The notes under the pieces were generated by a model. It ran no database searches and was not told the DNA's origin. It worked only from the letters and a program-made list of their open reading frames with translations. From assembly GCA_003427395.1 (NCBI GenBank), contig BFEA01000016.1, positions 2,874,102 to 2,938,101 of the forward strand: a stretch of 64,000 nucleotides of DNA. Reading direction: 5' to 3'. Numbering within the stretch: the first letter of the stretch is position 1; the number at the start of each line of letters is the position of its first letter. The stretch is from Chara braunii (lineage: Eukaryota > Plantae > Charophyceae). The translations under genes and the position numbers were made by a program. Of this stretch, positions 50,584 to 62,969 are shown in pieces.

Positions 50584-53433
50584 TATTGAACATCTGATAC
50601 TTGCAACTGGATTTTTTTTTTCGAGCCACCACTCCGCACTGGTTAGCGCCACCACTCCGCGCTAGTACGCAGCTTCCCTCTGCGAGCCCTGGGCTCCACT
50701 GCCCCGGCTCCCTTTCGCGAAGCGCGCGGCAAACGGAACGTGGGAACCCCAGCACGCGATTTTTCGAATCGGAGCACGAGAAGAAATTTCACGCCACGCC
50801 TTCGGGCGTGGCGACAAGGGTGCCATAGCTATTATTACCCAGCACACGGGAAGTCGAGAGGAGAGGATACGACAAGAGGACAGGAATAGCAAAGAGAAAA
50901 AGGGAACAAAGAAGACTAAGGGCAGCAAGCAAGGAGACTTCCTCAGTGAGGAGTTTGCTGCGAAAGGAGTTCAACCACTCTCATGCCCTCGTAGGAAACA
51001 GTGAGGAAGGGAAGCAATAGACGGGAAGGGGAGAGGAAAGGAGTATACAGCGGGTAAGAGGAGCGAAGCTAGTGTGCTAACCGACGCTGAAACACACCGA
51101 CGGGAATAGCAGACTGGAGAGAAGGACAAAGAGACAAAGGCGAGGCGAATTCAGGAGAGTAGAGTGTCGAAAGGTGAGGAAGGGACGAAATTACTATTTC
51201 GGGGTAAAGCTGAGGCAAGGCCAAGAACAAACTGCAAGTATTTCCCGCCACCCATTCCTACCTTTTTGAGGGAAAAATTACTCCAAGCAAGGAAGAAGAC
51301 ACAGGAAGGGAGAAATGAGGCACAAAGGTACTAGCAAAGGACAAAGGAAGAGAAGGAGAAGATTTTGTCACAGGCAAAGGACAAAGAAGGAACAGTGAAG
51401 ATCAGACAACACCGGACCGCGCCATCATGATCCAAGCTTTTACCTTGAAAGGGTAAACGGAGGAACAAGACAGCGCCTGAAACCGCTGCAACTGGAGACA
51501 CTGCCCATTTTCTGCTGGTAAGTTCTCGTCGCCCTACCCACAACTCCAGAGGCAACCCGCAAGATAGCATCAAGCCAAGAGCAGACGCCAGAGGAGTACC
51601 ACAGCGAGAATCACCGTTCTTCGACCGACGAATCGCAAAGCTTCGATCCAGAGAGCTGCTGTATAACTGATGAGACACAACTGTCCGCTTTTTTGGTCCA
51701 CCGCAATCCACAGTAGCGCTACAAACTCACCGCGATAGAACACCTCACCGCCTCCTCTCACTATAACACTTCCCCACTCGCGCACTACCAACCTCACGTC
51801 ACCCCCGCCCTCCAATCCTACTCCTCACCTCCTTCGACTCCCCTCACTTCCCCCACAATTAAGATTCCCAACAACCACACAAAACCCCTATCCATCGCTC
51901 ATCTCGCACAAGCTCTCCCGCATCTCCCCTAGCCCCTCTCGCACACCCCTCCCTGTAATCACACCTACCTCCCACCAAACATATTCCTGTCCCCCAGAGA
52001 CAAACCTGCTACGGCCCGTATTCCCACAAGCTCCCGACCTGTCCAACGTCACCCCCCCTACATCCTCCAACAAAAGCGCGTCCCTTACTCCTTTACTAGC
52101 CCAACTCTCACCTCACCCCACCACTATCCCCCAAGATAGAACTGGCAACATGCCGAACCTTCTCCGAGCAAAGCTAGGCTGCTCGTACTCTACCCCCTCC
52201 CTATTTCTCCACCTCTCTTTCTCTCGTCAAGACACTTCCCAACCCTTGCACACCCAATCCCACGTCATCATACCCACGGCCCCCATAAACACCGTGCTCC
52301 CAATCTCCCTCGACTTCACTCACAACCCCAACAAACACTAATCTGAACAAGCACTCATACCCTCGACTAGTTGCTCTCCCCATACTGGCTCCCTCCCATC
52401 GCCTCCAGACCCTCCTCCCCCAACCCTCCATACCACCGCACAAACAGCGCTCACACCACTCGATTAACCCACAGCTATCCACCAGCAACAAAACTCGTAC
52501 ACCCCTATCACCAAAATTTCTCGCCCGCCAGTCGGCACAATTCCGGTCCCCCCTCAGTCATCCTTCCCGCCCTCGCTCGTCCAACCCCCCCTCCCCTTTT
52601 TTTTTTTTTTTTTTTTTTTTTGANNNNNNNNNNNNNNNNNNNNNNNNNNNNNNNNNNNNNNNNNNNNNNNNNNNNNNNNNNNNNNNNNNNNNNNNNNNNN
52701 NNNNNNNNNNNNNNNNNNNNNNNNNNNNNNNNNNNNNNNNNNNNNNNNNNNNNNNNNNNNNNNNNNNNNNNNNNNNNNNNNNNCCCCTCGGCCCTTCTCT
52801 CTTCCCCTCCCTCTCCCTTTTTCCCACCCGTCCTCTCCCACTCGCCCCAGATCTCCCCTCCATACACTAGCATTTAGCATCGATGTGGTTTTCCCTCTTT
52901 CAGCCCACCACGCTTCCTTCAAACAACCACAATCCCAAGCCAAATTTCTCATCTCTCGCTGTAAACTACTAAGTTTAATCACCACCCCGCTATACAATTA
53001 CAAAATTCGCAAGCCAACACACAAGTTCAAAAGTGGCAAATTCAGCTACCTCCTGTTTAGCTAACTTCTAAAAATTCTTTCGACTTCTTACCGCTTCCTA
53101 AGACCAATCCACCAACGACCCTTAAGACAGGCTATATTAATATTTTATTTATTATCATCTATTACTACAATCATCATAAATACTTATTATTATACAGGAA
53201 ACTCCTTTTTCGTATTACATTGAACCATTCTTTCAATTGAACCATTCTTTCAACCGCACTAAATGTAGGAGGTTATTTCTGCACACATCAAGACTCTCCC
53301 CACTTTACTTAGAGAGACACATCTCCAGACAAAGCGATCTCTCAATCTCCCAGGTATAGCCACACACCCCTGCCAACCACCCCCACAGCCCCATCAATCC
53401 CAACAGGCACAAAACGACACCACGCATTACACC

Positions 53434-56003
53434 ATGGCATCCTCTCAATCCACCTCAACAGCAGCAAGCTCCCAAAACCCAGCGACAAGATCGAGGCCTC
53501 AACAAGAACTGGATCCGAGTCAGGAAGTTCTCAACCACATGATAAGAGAAACAAAAGTCAAACCGGTCATAACCACAGAGTTCATCAATGAGGAAGAAGT
53601 AGAAGTGTGGGAGTACCCGAAAGAAAACCTCCCGGTCCTAGACGAATTCTACGAACAGCACGCGGTAGTCTGTTCCTTCCCTGCAAAACTGAAACACCTC
53701 TCGCCAACTGAAAAAAAGAGAAGGGTCAGAGAACTCCTCAAAGGCATTGAAAACTTGAGAGACATTGAGCCAAAAGTGGCCTACCAGCACAGAGGACGTA
53801 ACGCAGTCACGGTTCTCTGCGCTGACCCCACCTACACCTCTCTACCATCAGTCCAAGCCTAATATTGTGAGGGATCAGTTGTGACAATATCGAAATGGAG
53901 ACCAAACAGATCAGCCCTGCAGGGCTCCTCACGACACAGACAGGCACTAATGAGCAAGCATTTTTGGATACAATTCGATAACCTGGGCGACGGGATGCAC
54001 GGCTTGGTAGAAGAGAGACTGCAGGAAGCATGCCCCCAAAACCCACAAGTGGAATGGGTGTCTTCGGCACCGGGTTTCCTTACCCCGAGTGCTAGCTCCA
54101 GAATAGCATGCATCGAACTGAAATCCAATGACCCCCCTGAGCTACCAGACAAGTGGTATTTCATAATCGATCAGCAACTGCAAACTGTGTACATCTCCAC
54201 AAAAGCCAACCCCATGTGCTTCAGATGTCGAATCAAAGGCCACATGGGGATTGATCCCCGCTGCCCCCTGCACAACCATCAAGGAGAGAGCAGAAAGCTC
54301 AACTAATCTCTGTTGATCGAGTGTGAAGCAATGAGGGGCATCTGGTAATCAACGACCCTTCCTTCACAGGTTGGGTTTTCGATGATCTCAGGGAATCCCC
54401 ATCATGGATCTGGACTACGTCAGATCCCGAACCACCCTGCAAGCTCGACATCTTCCCCCCCCACGGCAGCAGGTGGCAAACAAGTGGAGGAAAGAGAAGC
54501 GACAAATCATCCCACAGATACGCCAAATTAGCACAGGGATCAGCACTGAAATTGGAACAACACCTGCTCAGGCAACAGATCCTCAGCGAGGTACACAACA
54601 TTGGGAGAGAGGCCGAATTCGCCTATCTGGAAAACCTGCAGGCAAGGAAGAACTCAAAAGACAAGCAACCCAGAGGCAAGAAAGCAACAGGACAAACCAA
54701 AAGAAAGGCAAGGAACGATGAAGAGGAATTTGATTTTGATGACACCTCGCCTGAAGCCAAAAAGTCAAGGGAACAATCTCAAACAGAAACCGAGGAAGGG
54801 AAAGGGGAGATGCACAGTGATCTCTCAACTCTGGGAAAAGCGGCCGAAGCGTCACACGGCTCAGACAATGAGGAGGATCCTACCAGCACCCTCGAGTGGT
54901 TGGCAGAATACATCTCCTCCCTCCAAACTCGCAGGGATCTGGACATGGACATCAGACTGGCTCATGCCAAACACCTCAGTAATCTGAAGAAAACAGATTC
55001 TCCAAGCAATGTCGAGGGTTTCCCCACCTCAGCAAATCAATATGAGGTGCTACAGCCTGAGGTGAACATGTCGGAATTTCTGGCCCTCCAATATGCAGAA
55101 GCTCAGGCCGAAAACATGGAAACCGGATTTCTGGACACCGCCACCCACTCTCCAAAGTGGCCCAACTCGTACGTGAGAGAAATAAGAGCAAGGAAAACAC
55201 AGGTGGAAAGTGGAAAAGAAGGAAAGGAAGGGCTCAAAGAGGAGGAAAATAGAATCCGCACACTAGCAATTGCCCTGGCAGAGGAGGGAAATAAACAGAT
55301 GATGGAGATGAGAAGGAAAGTTGCTATTCTGGAAAGACAGACCAGACTCCTGGAAGATCAAAATCAGGAATTTGGCAACAATTCCCCCTCTCTGAACAGG
55401 GTTGCAGATGAGAACCCCCCGGACCTCGCCCTCGCTGCCAACATCGATGCTCGAGCATTGTCTCCAACATTCCCGATCCTTCCTTTCCACTACGATGCAA
55501 AAAAGGGCGAATGGAAAATAGTGGTTCACCCCTCATTAGAAATAGTCACTATGCAGGGGTCCAGCCAACCAACATCCTTCACCAGATCCACAATTTCTGA
55601 TGAGCGCCCCCAAACAATTTACAAAGCATGCGACGACGAGCGCCTACAGATAAGCTGGGAAAACGAGAAGGGAGACACCCAGTTTGGCGACATGAGACCC
55701 TTCATGGTCATCTACGAGCAAGCAGTGGAGCTGAGAGGAGACCTGGAATGGGATCCCATTCCAGCTCCTTGGACCAAAGGAAGAGGTGGACAGAATCGCC
55801 TTCAGCACGACCGCCTTCCTGCGAGAGGAATGGCTGGGCAAGGATGCAGAGTAGGTTGTAGCCAAAATCACAGAAGAGAGGATAAAGAAGGAAGAGAGAA
55901 GGAAAGTGCAGGCCACCACCTAAATATCCAACAACAGCCCCGAACCAAGAGACCGAGGAACCTCTTAAATGGAATCCTGCCTCGAGGAACGGGCGCCCCA
56001 TAG
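53434..56003 (+). pseudogene. LINE ORF1, disrupted
   Basis: LSPTEKK.., FWIQFDN, CFRCRIKGHMGIDPRC, LEWLAEYI, NQYEVL; stops and frameshifts. Confidence 0.85.
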
Positions 56004-57956
56004 AAGCAAACGACTGAGACCCACAAATGAACAAGATATCCTAGTTGAAATAAAAAAGCAACCTGAAATCACCTTTTGCTCCTGGAATGTGAACGGCCGA
56101 GCCTCAGTGCTGGACAACCCAATCAAATGGAAAAACCTGACAGAAAGCATAGGATGGTTCGGACCTAAACCCCCGGACATAACATGCCTGCAAGAGACCC
56201 ATCTTACCGACAATGAAGACCACCTAAAAATTAGAACAGCTCTCATCAGAAAACTTTTCTTCGTCAAAAAGGCCTACTGGGCCCTGGCCTCCCCAAACGG
56301 CTCGGCCGGTACGGTCATCCTACTACACCAACGCTCAAGGGCAAACAACGAGATAACAATCCAGAATACGTGGCAGGACAGCGTCTCAGGCCGATGGATA
56401 AAGTTGGACCTTAAATTCAAGGAAGAAGATCTCACGATCATAGGAATTTACAGTTCCACCACTCAATCAGATGAAACACTCTCCTTCACACGGTGGAACA
56501 ACTAATCCCTGGGCATAAACATGCGATCCTCATGGGGGGTTGGAACTCAGTACAGAACCCCGTCCTAGACAGATTTTCACACTCGACGGACCCCTCTCAA
56601 CAATCAAATAATCTAAATCTCATGGAATTCATGACAAGGAAAAACCTTGTAGATCCGTTTCGTACATTACACTCAAACAACAGAAAATACTCATGTGGAC
56701 GGAGGACCACGCAAGGTAGAACATCTTTCTTGATAATAAACTTCTTCCTCACCTCAGATTCGCTGATAGGAGCCCTACACGATTGCAGCATAGGAAGCTC
56801 ACCATATCATAGCGGTCTTGATCACAAACCAGTCACACTGGCCCTCAGACTCACGACATCAAGCTGCACAGGCAAAACTTTCTACCGCTTCAACAATTCA
56901 TTGCTCACCTCCCAAGCCTTCCAGAGCGAACTCTCCGCGATCCTTGCAAACACAACCTATCAACACCCCAGCGAAGACATCTACACCAAATTCTCAAAGC
57001 TCCTCAAGGAAATAAGCTCAAAGGTAGCCCAAACTTCAAGAAAATTAGCATCAAAGAGGAAGGAAAGAGAGGAAACACTAAAGAACGCAATAGACATAGC
57101 AAAACTCAACTTACAACATAATCCGAAATCAGCTTTCTTCTCCGAATTCTACTTAAAATCTAAAGAAGAATTAGCATAATGGACAAAACTAAGGCTCAGA
57201 GGCCTTCAATTAAGAGCAAGAGTGAGGGACTGGGAGTTAAATGAGTAAATAATAACAAAATATCCAAATTTTTCTTTCAGAAAATCAAAGCGAATTCCAG
57301 AAACTCCGAGATAGAAAGTCTCCTAGACGAAAACGGTAACCCCACCATAGAAATTGCTAACAAATTCTACAAAGACGTCTACACTAGCAAAACGACAACA
57401 TAAAACAACAACGAAGTGAATAGAGCCAGAGCTAATTCCTGACTCACTTAGATTGTAGCCTTTCAGCTGAAGCTGCCAACAAACTAGAGGAACCAATCAC
57501 ACTCGAAGAACTTCACGTAGCCCTCAAGGACCTAAAACCCAATAAAGCCCCTTGCAAAGATGGTCTCTCAAAAGAATTCTGGGCCGCAAGGTGGTCCTCA
57601 CTCGGCCCCCTTTACTTGCGTTTCCTTAACAAGGCATGGGAACATGAATCCTTGGGTCCTGACCTAAGCAACGGAGTAGTGACCTTACCCTACAAGAAGG
57701 GAGACAGAAAGAACAAAAAAATTATAGACCTATCTCCCTTCTTAACGTCGCCTACAAAATCCTGGCCAAACTCCTAGCCACAAGAATCAAACACATCACC
57801 GGCAATTGCTTCCATCTAGACCGAAAAGGCTTCATCCCAGGCAGACTCATACTAGATAACGTTATGACCCTCTGCGACTCCACAAGGCTAATCACTCAGA
57901 AACGAATAACGGCAGCAGTACTCTTCTTCGACTTTGAGAAAGCCTATGATCAAGTC
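55969..57956 (+). pseudogene. LINE ORF2 5' part (APE endonuclease and start of RT)
   Basis: SWNVNG, PPDITCLQETHLT, LVDPFRTLH, GLDHKP, FFDFEKAYDQV. Confidence 0.87.
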
Positions 57957-59995
57957 GGCCGCTTACCCCCTACTGGCCGGCACTGCTTCGATTGTGGAGA
58001 AAAATAATCCCTAACAAGAAAAACAAACCCAAATCTAAAGATGAAGTACCAAGACAACCGCTCTTTGGGAATGAATGGCTAACAAACGAGGCCAACAACC
58101 CACTTTTCCTTGAACAGAGGTGGCTATCTTGGATCAAGAACGGTATCTGGAAAGTAGACCACTTGTGGGTGGAGGACAGAAAAGACTGGATAACAGAACA
58201 AGAAGCTAGGGCCCGACTGAAAGGATGGCACAGACGAGAGACCAATCTTCAATACATACTCAGTCGTATTCCTCAAGAATGGAAAGATATCCTGGTAAAA
58301 GATGAGTCCTGGAAACCGGGCGAATGGGGACTTTTGATTCAAGACACATCCCCTACTAGAGCCTATCAATTCTCTCACATGCAACAAGGCTCACACNCCA
58401 GAGCCATTTTCCTCTCCTTCCCGGTCTCCTTCACCAATACGGACATGCCAGCTATTTTCAACTACAATGTAGAAACATCTATACTGGATTCCTTCCTCCT
58501 CAGAAAAGTAAGGGTCCTAGGTCCATGGCCAAAGGCAATCTTCAGACCGGACACTGCAATCCGATCCTTGGAGTTCGACCCAGCGGAGTGGGCCTGGAAA
58601 CCAAATTCTACCAGCAACTTCAAGTCAGAAGTCCCGATCCAGGATTACTCAGTCAAACTTGGGTACAGACTGTCTCTGAAGACCAAAAATCCAGATCCAA
58701 TCATCAAAAACAGATGGCGGAACCTCGTGGGTCAAGAAGCAGACAAAATCACACGAATCCATCGGGAAAAATTCAAACGTATTAGACCAATCAAGATCAG
58801 AAGTTTGCAATGGCTGATTGTATACGCAGCCCTGCTGGTGAACCAATGGCTGCACATTAGACGGAAAACCACAGACCCAGACAGCTCGGAATTATGTACA
58901 GTCTGCTCTGAAGGCTCGGTAGAAGATGTAGTCCACTGCCTAGTGCTCTGTAAAGAGGCGACCGAATACTGGGCTAGAGCTTCTTCACTCTGGGATTCCC
59001 TCTTCACATCTCCCTTCCCCAAACAACCCATTCAACTGCGCCTCTTGACTAACATCCCTGATCAGGCTCGGAAGGCTGAGAGGATCTGGTTTGAACTCAT
59101 CAGGAAAGTGACCCTATGGGTCATATGGAAGGAGAGATGCAGTCGAACAATTGAAGGACGGTCCAACCCACAGGAGAAAGTGTGGATAGAAACTAAAACA
59201 ATGCTTCAAGCCGAGATCCTTTGCAGATGGCGGAAGATCAAACGAGCCTGGACAGAAGACGAAGAACAGCGGAACAAGGAGAGGCAGAGATTCTACAGGA
59301 ATTGGCTGGTCGACGGCAAGGTTGGAGAACTGCGACAGGACCGGGTATGCTGGAAAGAATGGCATAATTCAATTCCAGAAAGGGGTTCCCAACATCAGAT
59401 GACGCTGGAAGGCTTAACCACATCTTAGGCTGCAAGAGGATAAACATAACCCAGGGGGTACAGACGACGTGGAAAAAGGAGGACAAGTCTGATAACACTG
59501 GAGCATGAACGGGGGTCGCAAAAGATGATCCCATCCCAGAGATCCGGAAGCTAACGAACACCCTGCCAGAGTCCACTTTTGACGACCGGATGATAAGAAT
59601 GCAGACTGAGGGTGTAGGTTTTAATGATATACGGTTGACCTTCTAAAGGGGGGCAAAGATGCAGACTGAGGGTGTAGGTTTTAATGATATACGGTTGACC
59701 TTCCAAAAGGACAACAGATGTGATCTTTCTAGGGTCAAATGCTTTATCTGACAGATCTGGTTTCCGGGTCTGAGAGGAAAGAGAGGGACAAGGAAAGCTG
59801 ACAGTCAATCCTCCCGTGGTGGAGCAATCAATGCTGCTCAGGGGTCCTTCGGCCTGACGGAAGGAAGCGTGTGTGATTGGTAATTGATGTGATGTATAAT
59901 TTGACTTGCCGATGGAATAGGAACCGGACTGACGCTCCCCAGAATAGAAGGAGCCAGGACCATAAGGCCCTGTTAAAAAAAATAAATAAATAAAT
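57957..59995 (+). mobile_element. LINE lineage A 3' segment (ORF2 C-terminus 57992..59428, 3' UTR, tail at 59792..59974, A/TAAA tail)
   Basis: The 478-aa ORF is nearly colinear with the copies at 2100..4058 and 19603..21100. Confidence 0.88.
59599..59703 (+). repeat. 60-bp-period tandem duplication in a LINE 3' UTR
   Basis: atgcagactgagggtgtaggttttaatgatatacggttgaccttc at 59599 and 59659. Confidence 0.9.
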
Positions 59996-60018
59996 GTATG
60001 CGCATTGCGCAGCAAAAT

Positions 60019-61380
60019 TGACTGTATAGTCTGTTATGTGAATGGTTGCTTTGTGCATTCTGTTCGTGGCCGAGGGCCAATGCTGCTGAAGACAAAATAC
60101 CCGGAGCTTGTAATCAAACATAGATGGGCTAAACTGATAGGCTCCGAAGCGGACCAAATCTCCAAGCTACCATGGCAAAAGTACAAATCAATTCGCCCAG
60201 TTAAAATCAGAAGTCTCCAATGGCTCATTGCCTACGCTGCTACACAACAGAAGAAGGAAAAGTGACCCAAACGGCACTAATCTGTGTGTGGTATGCTCAG
60301 ACAACGAACAGGAAGATATCATACACTGCATGATCACATGCAAAGAGGCTACAAGCTACTGGGCTAGAGCATCCGTCCTATGGGACCATCTTTTCTCCTC
60401 GTCCCTGCAAGAACACCCAATCCAAATACTCCTATGGACTAATATCCCCACCCACTTTGGCAAATCTGAACGCATCTGGTTTGGACTAGTACGTAAGGTG
60501 ACACTCTGGGTAATATGGAAGGAAAGTTGCAGCAGAACACTGGAGAACTCATGTAGCCAGAGCGAGAAGGGATGGGCGACGACCAAATCACTATTGGAGG
60601 TGGAGATTCTATGTCAGTGGAGGCGAGTCAAGATCCAAATTCAGAATGATCCGGATAAGCAGCAAGAGCTGTGGGAAAAAAATACTAGAATCTGGCTGGC
60701 TGGAGGAAAGATAGGAGACATTCGAGGACTCCATCTCCAGTGGAAGGACTGGCACAACTCTACTCAGCCCTCAGCACCCAGGGACGTAGGGGAACTCACC
60801 GGCCAGAACCACAAGATATCACAGGAACAGCATAGGCCCGCTACAAGGTCCAAGGAAACGCCTACCCACGAGTGGGACGAGGAAGAAATTTCAGTTGCGG
60901 CTTGTGTTCTCTGTTTTTCTTGCATTATGGTCTATCTGACGGGCTCAGTATGAGAGAGCCTGATCGGAATGTGTTCTCTGTTTTTCTTGCATTATGGTCT
61001 ATCTGACGGGCTCAGTATGAGAGAGCCTGATCGGAATCACAGGGGAAGGCAAGCTGACAGTCAGTCCTCCGCTATTGGAGCAATCAATGCTGCTCCGGGG
61101 TCCTTCGGCCAGACGGAAGGAAGCGTGAGTGTGTAAATCGTTGTATTCTCTTGACTTGCCGGGGGAAAGGAACCGGACTGACGCTCCCCAGAATGGATAT
61201 GGAGCCAGGAACATAAGGCCCTTTTTTGTTCCAAAAAAAAAAAAGAAAAAAAAAATTCAAAAAAAAANNNNNNNNNNNNNNNNNNNNNNNNNNNNNNNAT
61301 GGAGCCAGGAAAAAAAGGCCCTTTTTTTTTTCAAAAAAAAAAAAAAAAAAAAAAAATTAAAAAAAAAAAAAAAAAAAAAG
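60019..61380 (+). mobile_element. 5'-truncated LINE, lineage A, with an inverted 5' segment
   Basis: Sense ORF2 C-terminus from 60080; inverted piece at 60019..60079; tail at 61048..61230; poly(A); approximate TSD tgYgcagcaaaat at 60006 and 61384. Confidence 0.87.
60903..61037 (+). repeat. 67-bp tandem duplication in a LINE 3' UTR
   Basis: tgtgttctctgtttttcttgcattatgg...cctgatcggaat occurs twice. Confidence 0.9.
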
Positions 61381-61967
61381 GTATGTGCAGCAAAATATAC
61401 TGAATACTCAGTGGCATGGTTACGACTGTTCAGGCTATCTGGGTCGGGATGTCCGCCTGAGCGTCTTGTCCGGAATGTCCAGTTAGGACACTAGAACCGG
61501 AAAAAAAAAAATTGGAGTTGGCGAGGTCCCTTCGTCGGGTTGTGGGCGACCCCTAATAAATTTTTGGGGCACTTCTGTGACCTGTTTTGGTTCAAGAAAC
61601 TGGGCCGAACTAAGGCCAATACTGAATTCTTTAACCATTTTCATTTTACTGATCCAACTTTTTGGACTGTTGTCAACTTGTCATTCCTTTTTTGGGGGGG
61701 AGTGGAGGCCTGCTGTGGTCGATTTTGGTGGGGGAATCGAGTGTGCTGGCCTCGTTTGAGCGTCGGTTGTTGGCACTTGTTCGCATTGCTGTTCTTCTGG
61801 CCTGTGCGACCTCTTTTTTTCTCTCTATCCACGCCATCTGTTGACTTTCTAGGGTCAGTGTGTGATGGTCTTCGAAAGCAATGAATAACTATGTATCTGT
61901 GTTAGGTTCAGGCCTGCTTGATCACTCCAACAGTTAGACCACTAAAGTTAATCCTGCCACTTGTCAG

Positions 61968-62023
61968 GTGAAGGTCCAAGTGGATGCATCAGAGGATTGT
62001 GTGACAGTTTGCCTTGCTGCAAG
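61968..62023 (+). CDS. Putative host exon 5 (VKVQVDASEDCVTVCLAA+R)
   Basis: ttgtcag acceptor, ag|gtttct donor (weak), phase 0/2. Confidence 0.55.
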
Positions 62024-62121
62024 GTTTCTTCCTATTTGGTGGTGAGTTTAATCTATGTTCACAAATCGTGCATTGCAATCTTTTTCCCTCCCTGTTTCAT
62101 TCTCCGTTGGCAATTGCACAG

Positions 62122-62178
62122 GGCAAGGGTCCTCGAGCACAATGACACAGAGGCATACAGAGAATGCACATTGCACAG
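62122..62178 (+). CDS. Putative host exon 6 (ARVLEHNDTEAYRECTLH)
   Basis: Pyrimidine tract with gcacag acceptor after a 98-bp intron; the phase 2 start matches exon 5. The donor is gtacaa, or gtgagg 6 nt later. Confidence 0.55.
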
Positions 62179-62741
62179 GTACAAGTGAGGTTCTTGGCAT
62201 TCCATTTGCATTCATTAGCAGAGCATTAGATACACTCCCATTCGGGAGAAAGAGATGTTGGGGTTGGAAGATAGAGACAGGAGAATACAACGTTTCACTT
62301 CTGATGGCTTGCCCATATTCCGAACGATCTGTCTGCTTGGAGATCAGAAGTTTTGCCTCATTGCTTGCCTTGTAGGGGTAGCACATTCTATTTGAATGTA
62401 CGATATGCAGGCATTGCATTGTTGTGAACATCTTCCACTCTATTTGGGCTCACCGTTCCATAGGAGGGGGTAAGGAGTAAGAAAGAAGGCAGGGAACTGT
62501 AGTACATCTATGTTGACTATTTGTGTAGCAAAATATTTTTATTTTTTTAAGAAGGGGATGGCGCCTACGCCGCCTAGCATTATTGTATTCATCTGATTCC
62601 ATCCGAGGTCGAACTTATGACTCTTTTACCAACAGTTAGATTTGTGTAGCATTGAGCCACATGGGCCAAAACCTTTCAAACATGAACCATCTGCCCCCCT
62701 TGAACTTTATAATGGTTTATATGAAGTTTATAACTTCATAG

Positions 62742-62829
62742 CATACTTGCGGCACATAGATGAAGTGCGCTGATCACAGATGCGCGGAAAAAAAAAAAAA
62801 GGAAGCAACCGTGATGTGTGTATACACGC

Positions 62830-62897
<68 letters not shown>

Positions 62898-62898
62898 N

Positions 62899-62969
<71 letters not shown>

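Larger units (their letters stand above)
50598..57956 (+). mobile_element. LINE lineage B copy 2 (5' UTR, ORF1, endonuclease and N-terminal RT; ends abruptly after DFEKAYDQV)
   Basis: 5' motifs match 18410..18590. ORF1 pieces 53434..56003 and ORF2 pieces 55969..57956 are most similar to the 8391..18614 copy. Confidence 0.88.

Noticed and set aside
61232-61380. Repeated LINE terminal hairpin and poly(A) on both sides of a small gap
   Set aside because: Low-quality homopolymer sequence around Ns; likely an artefact.
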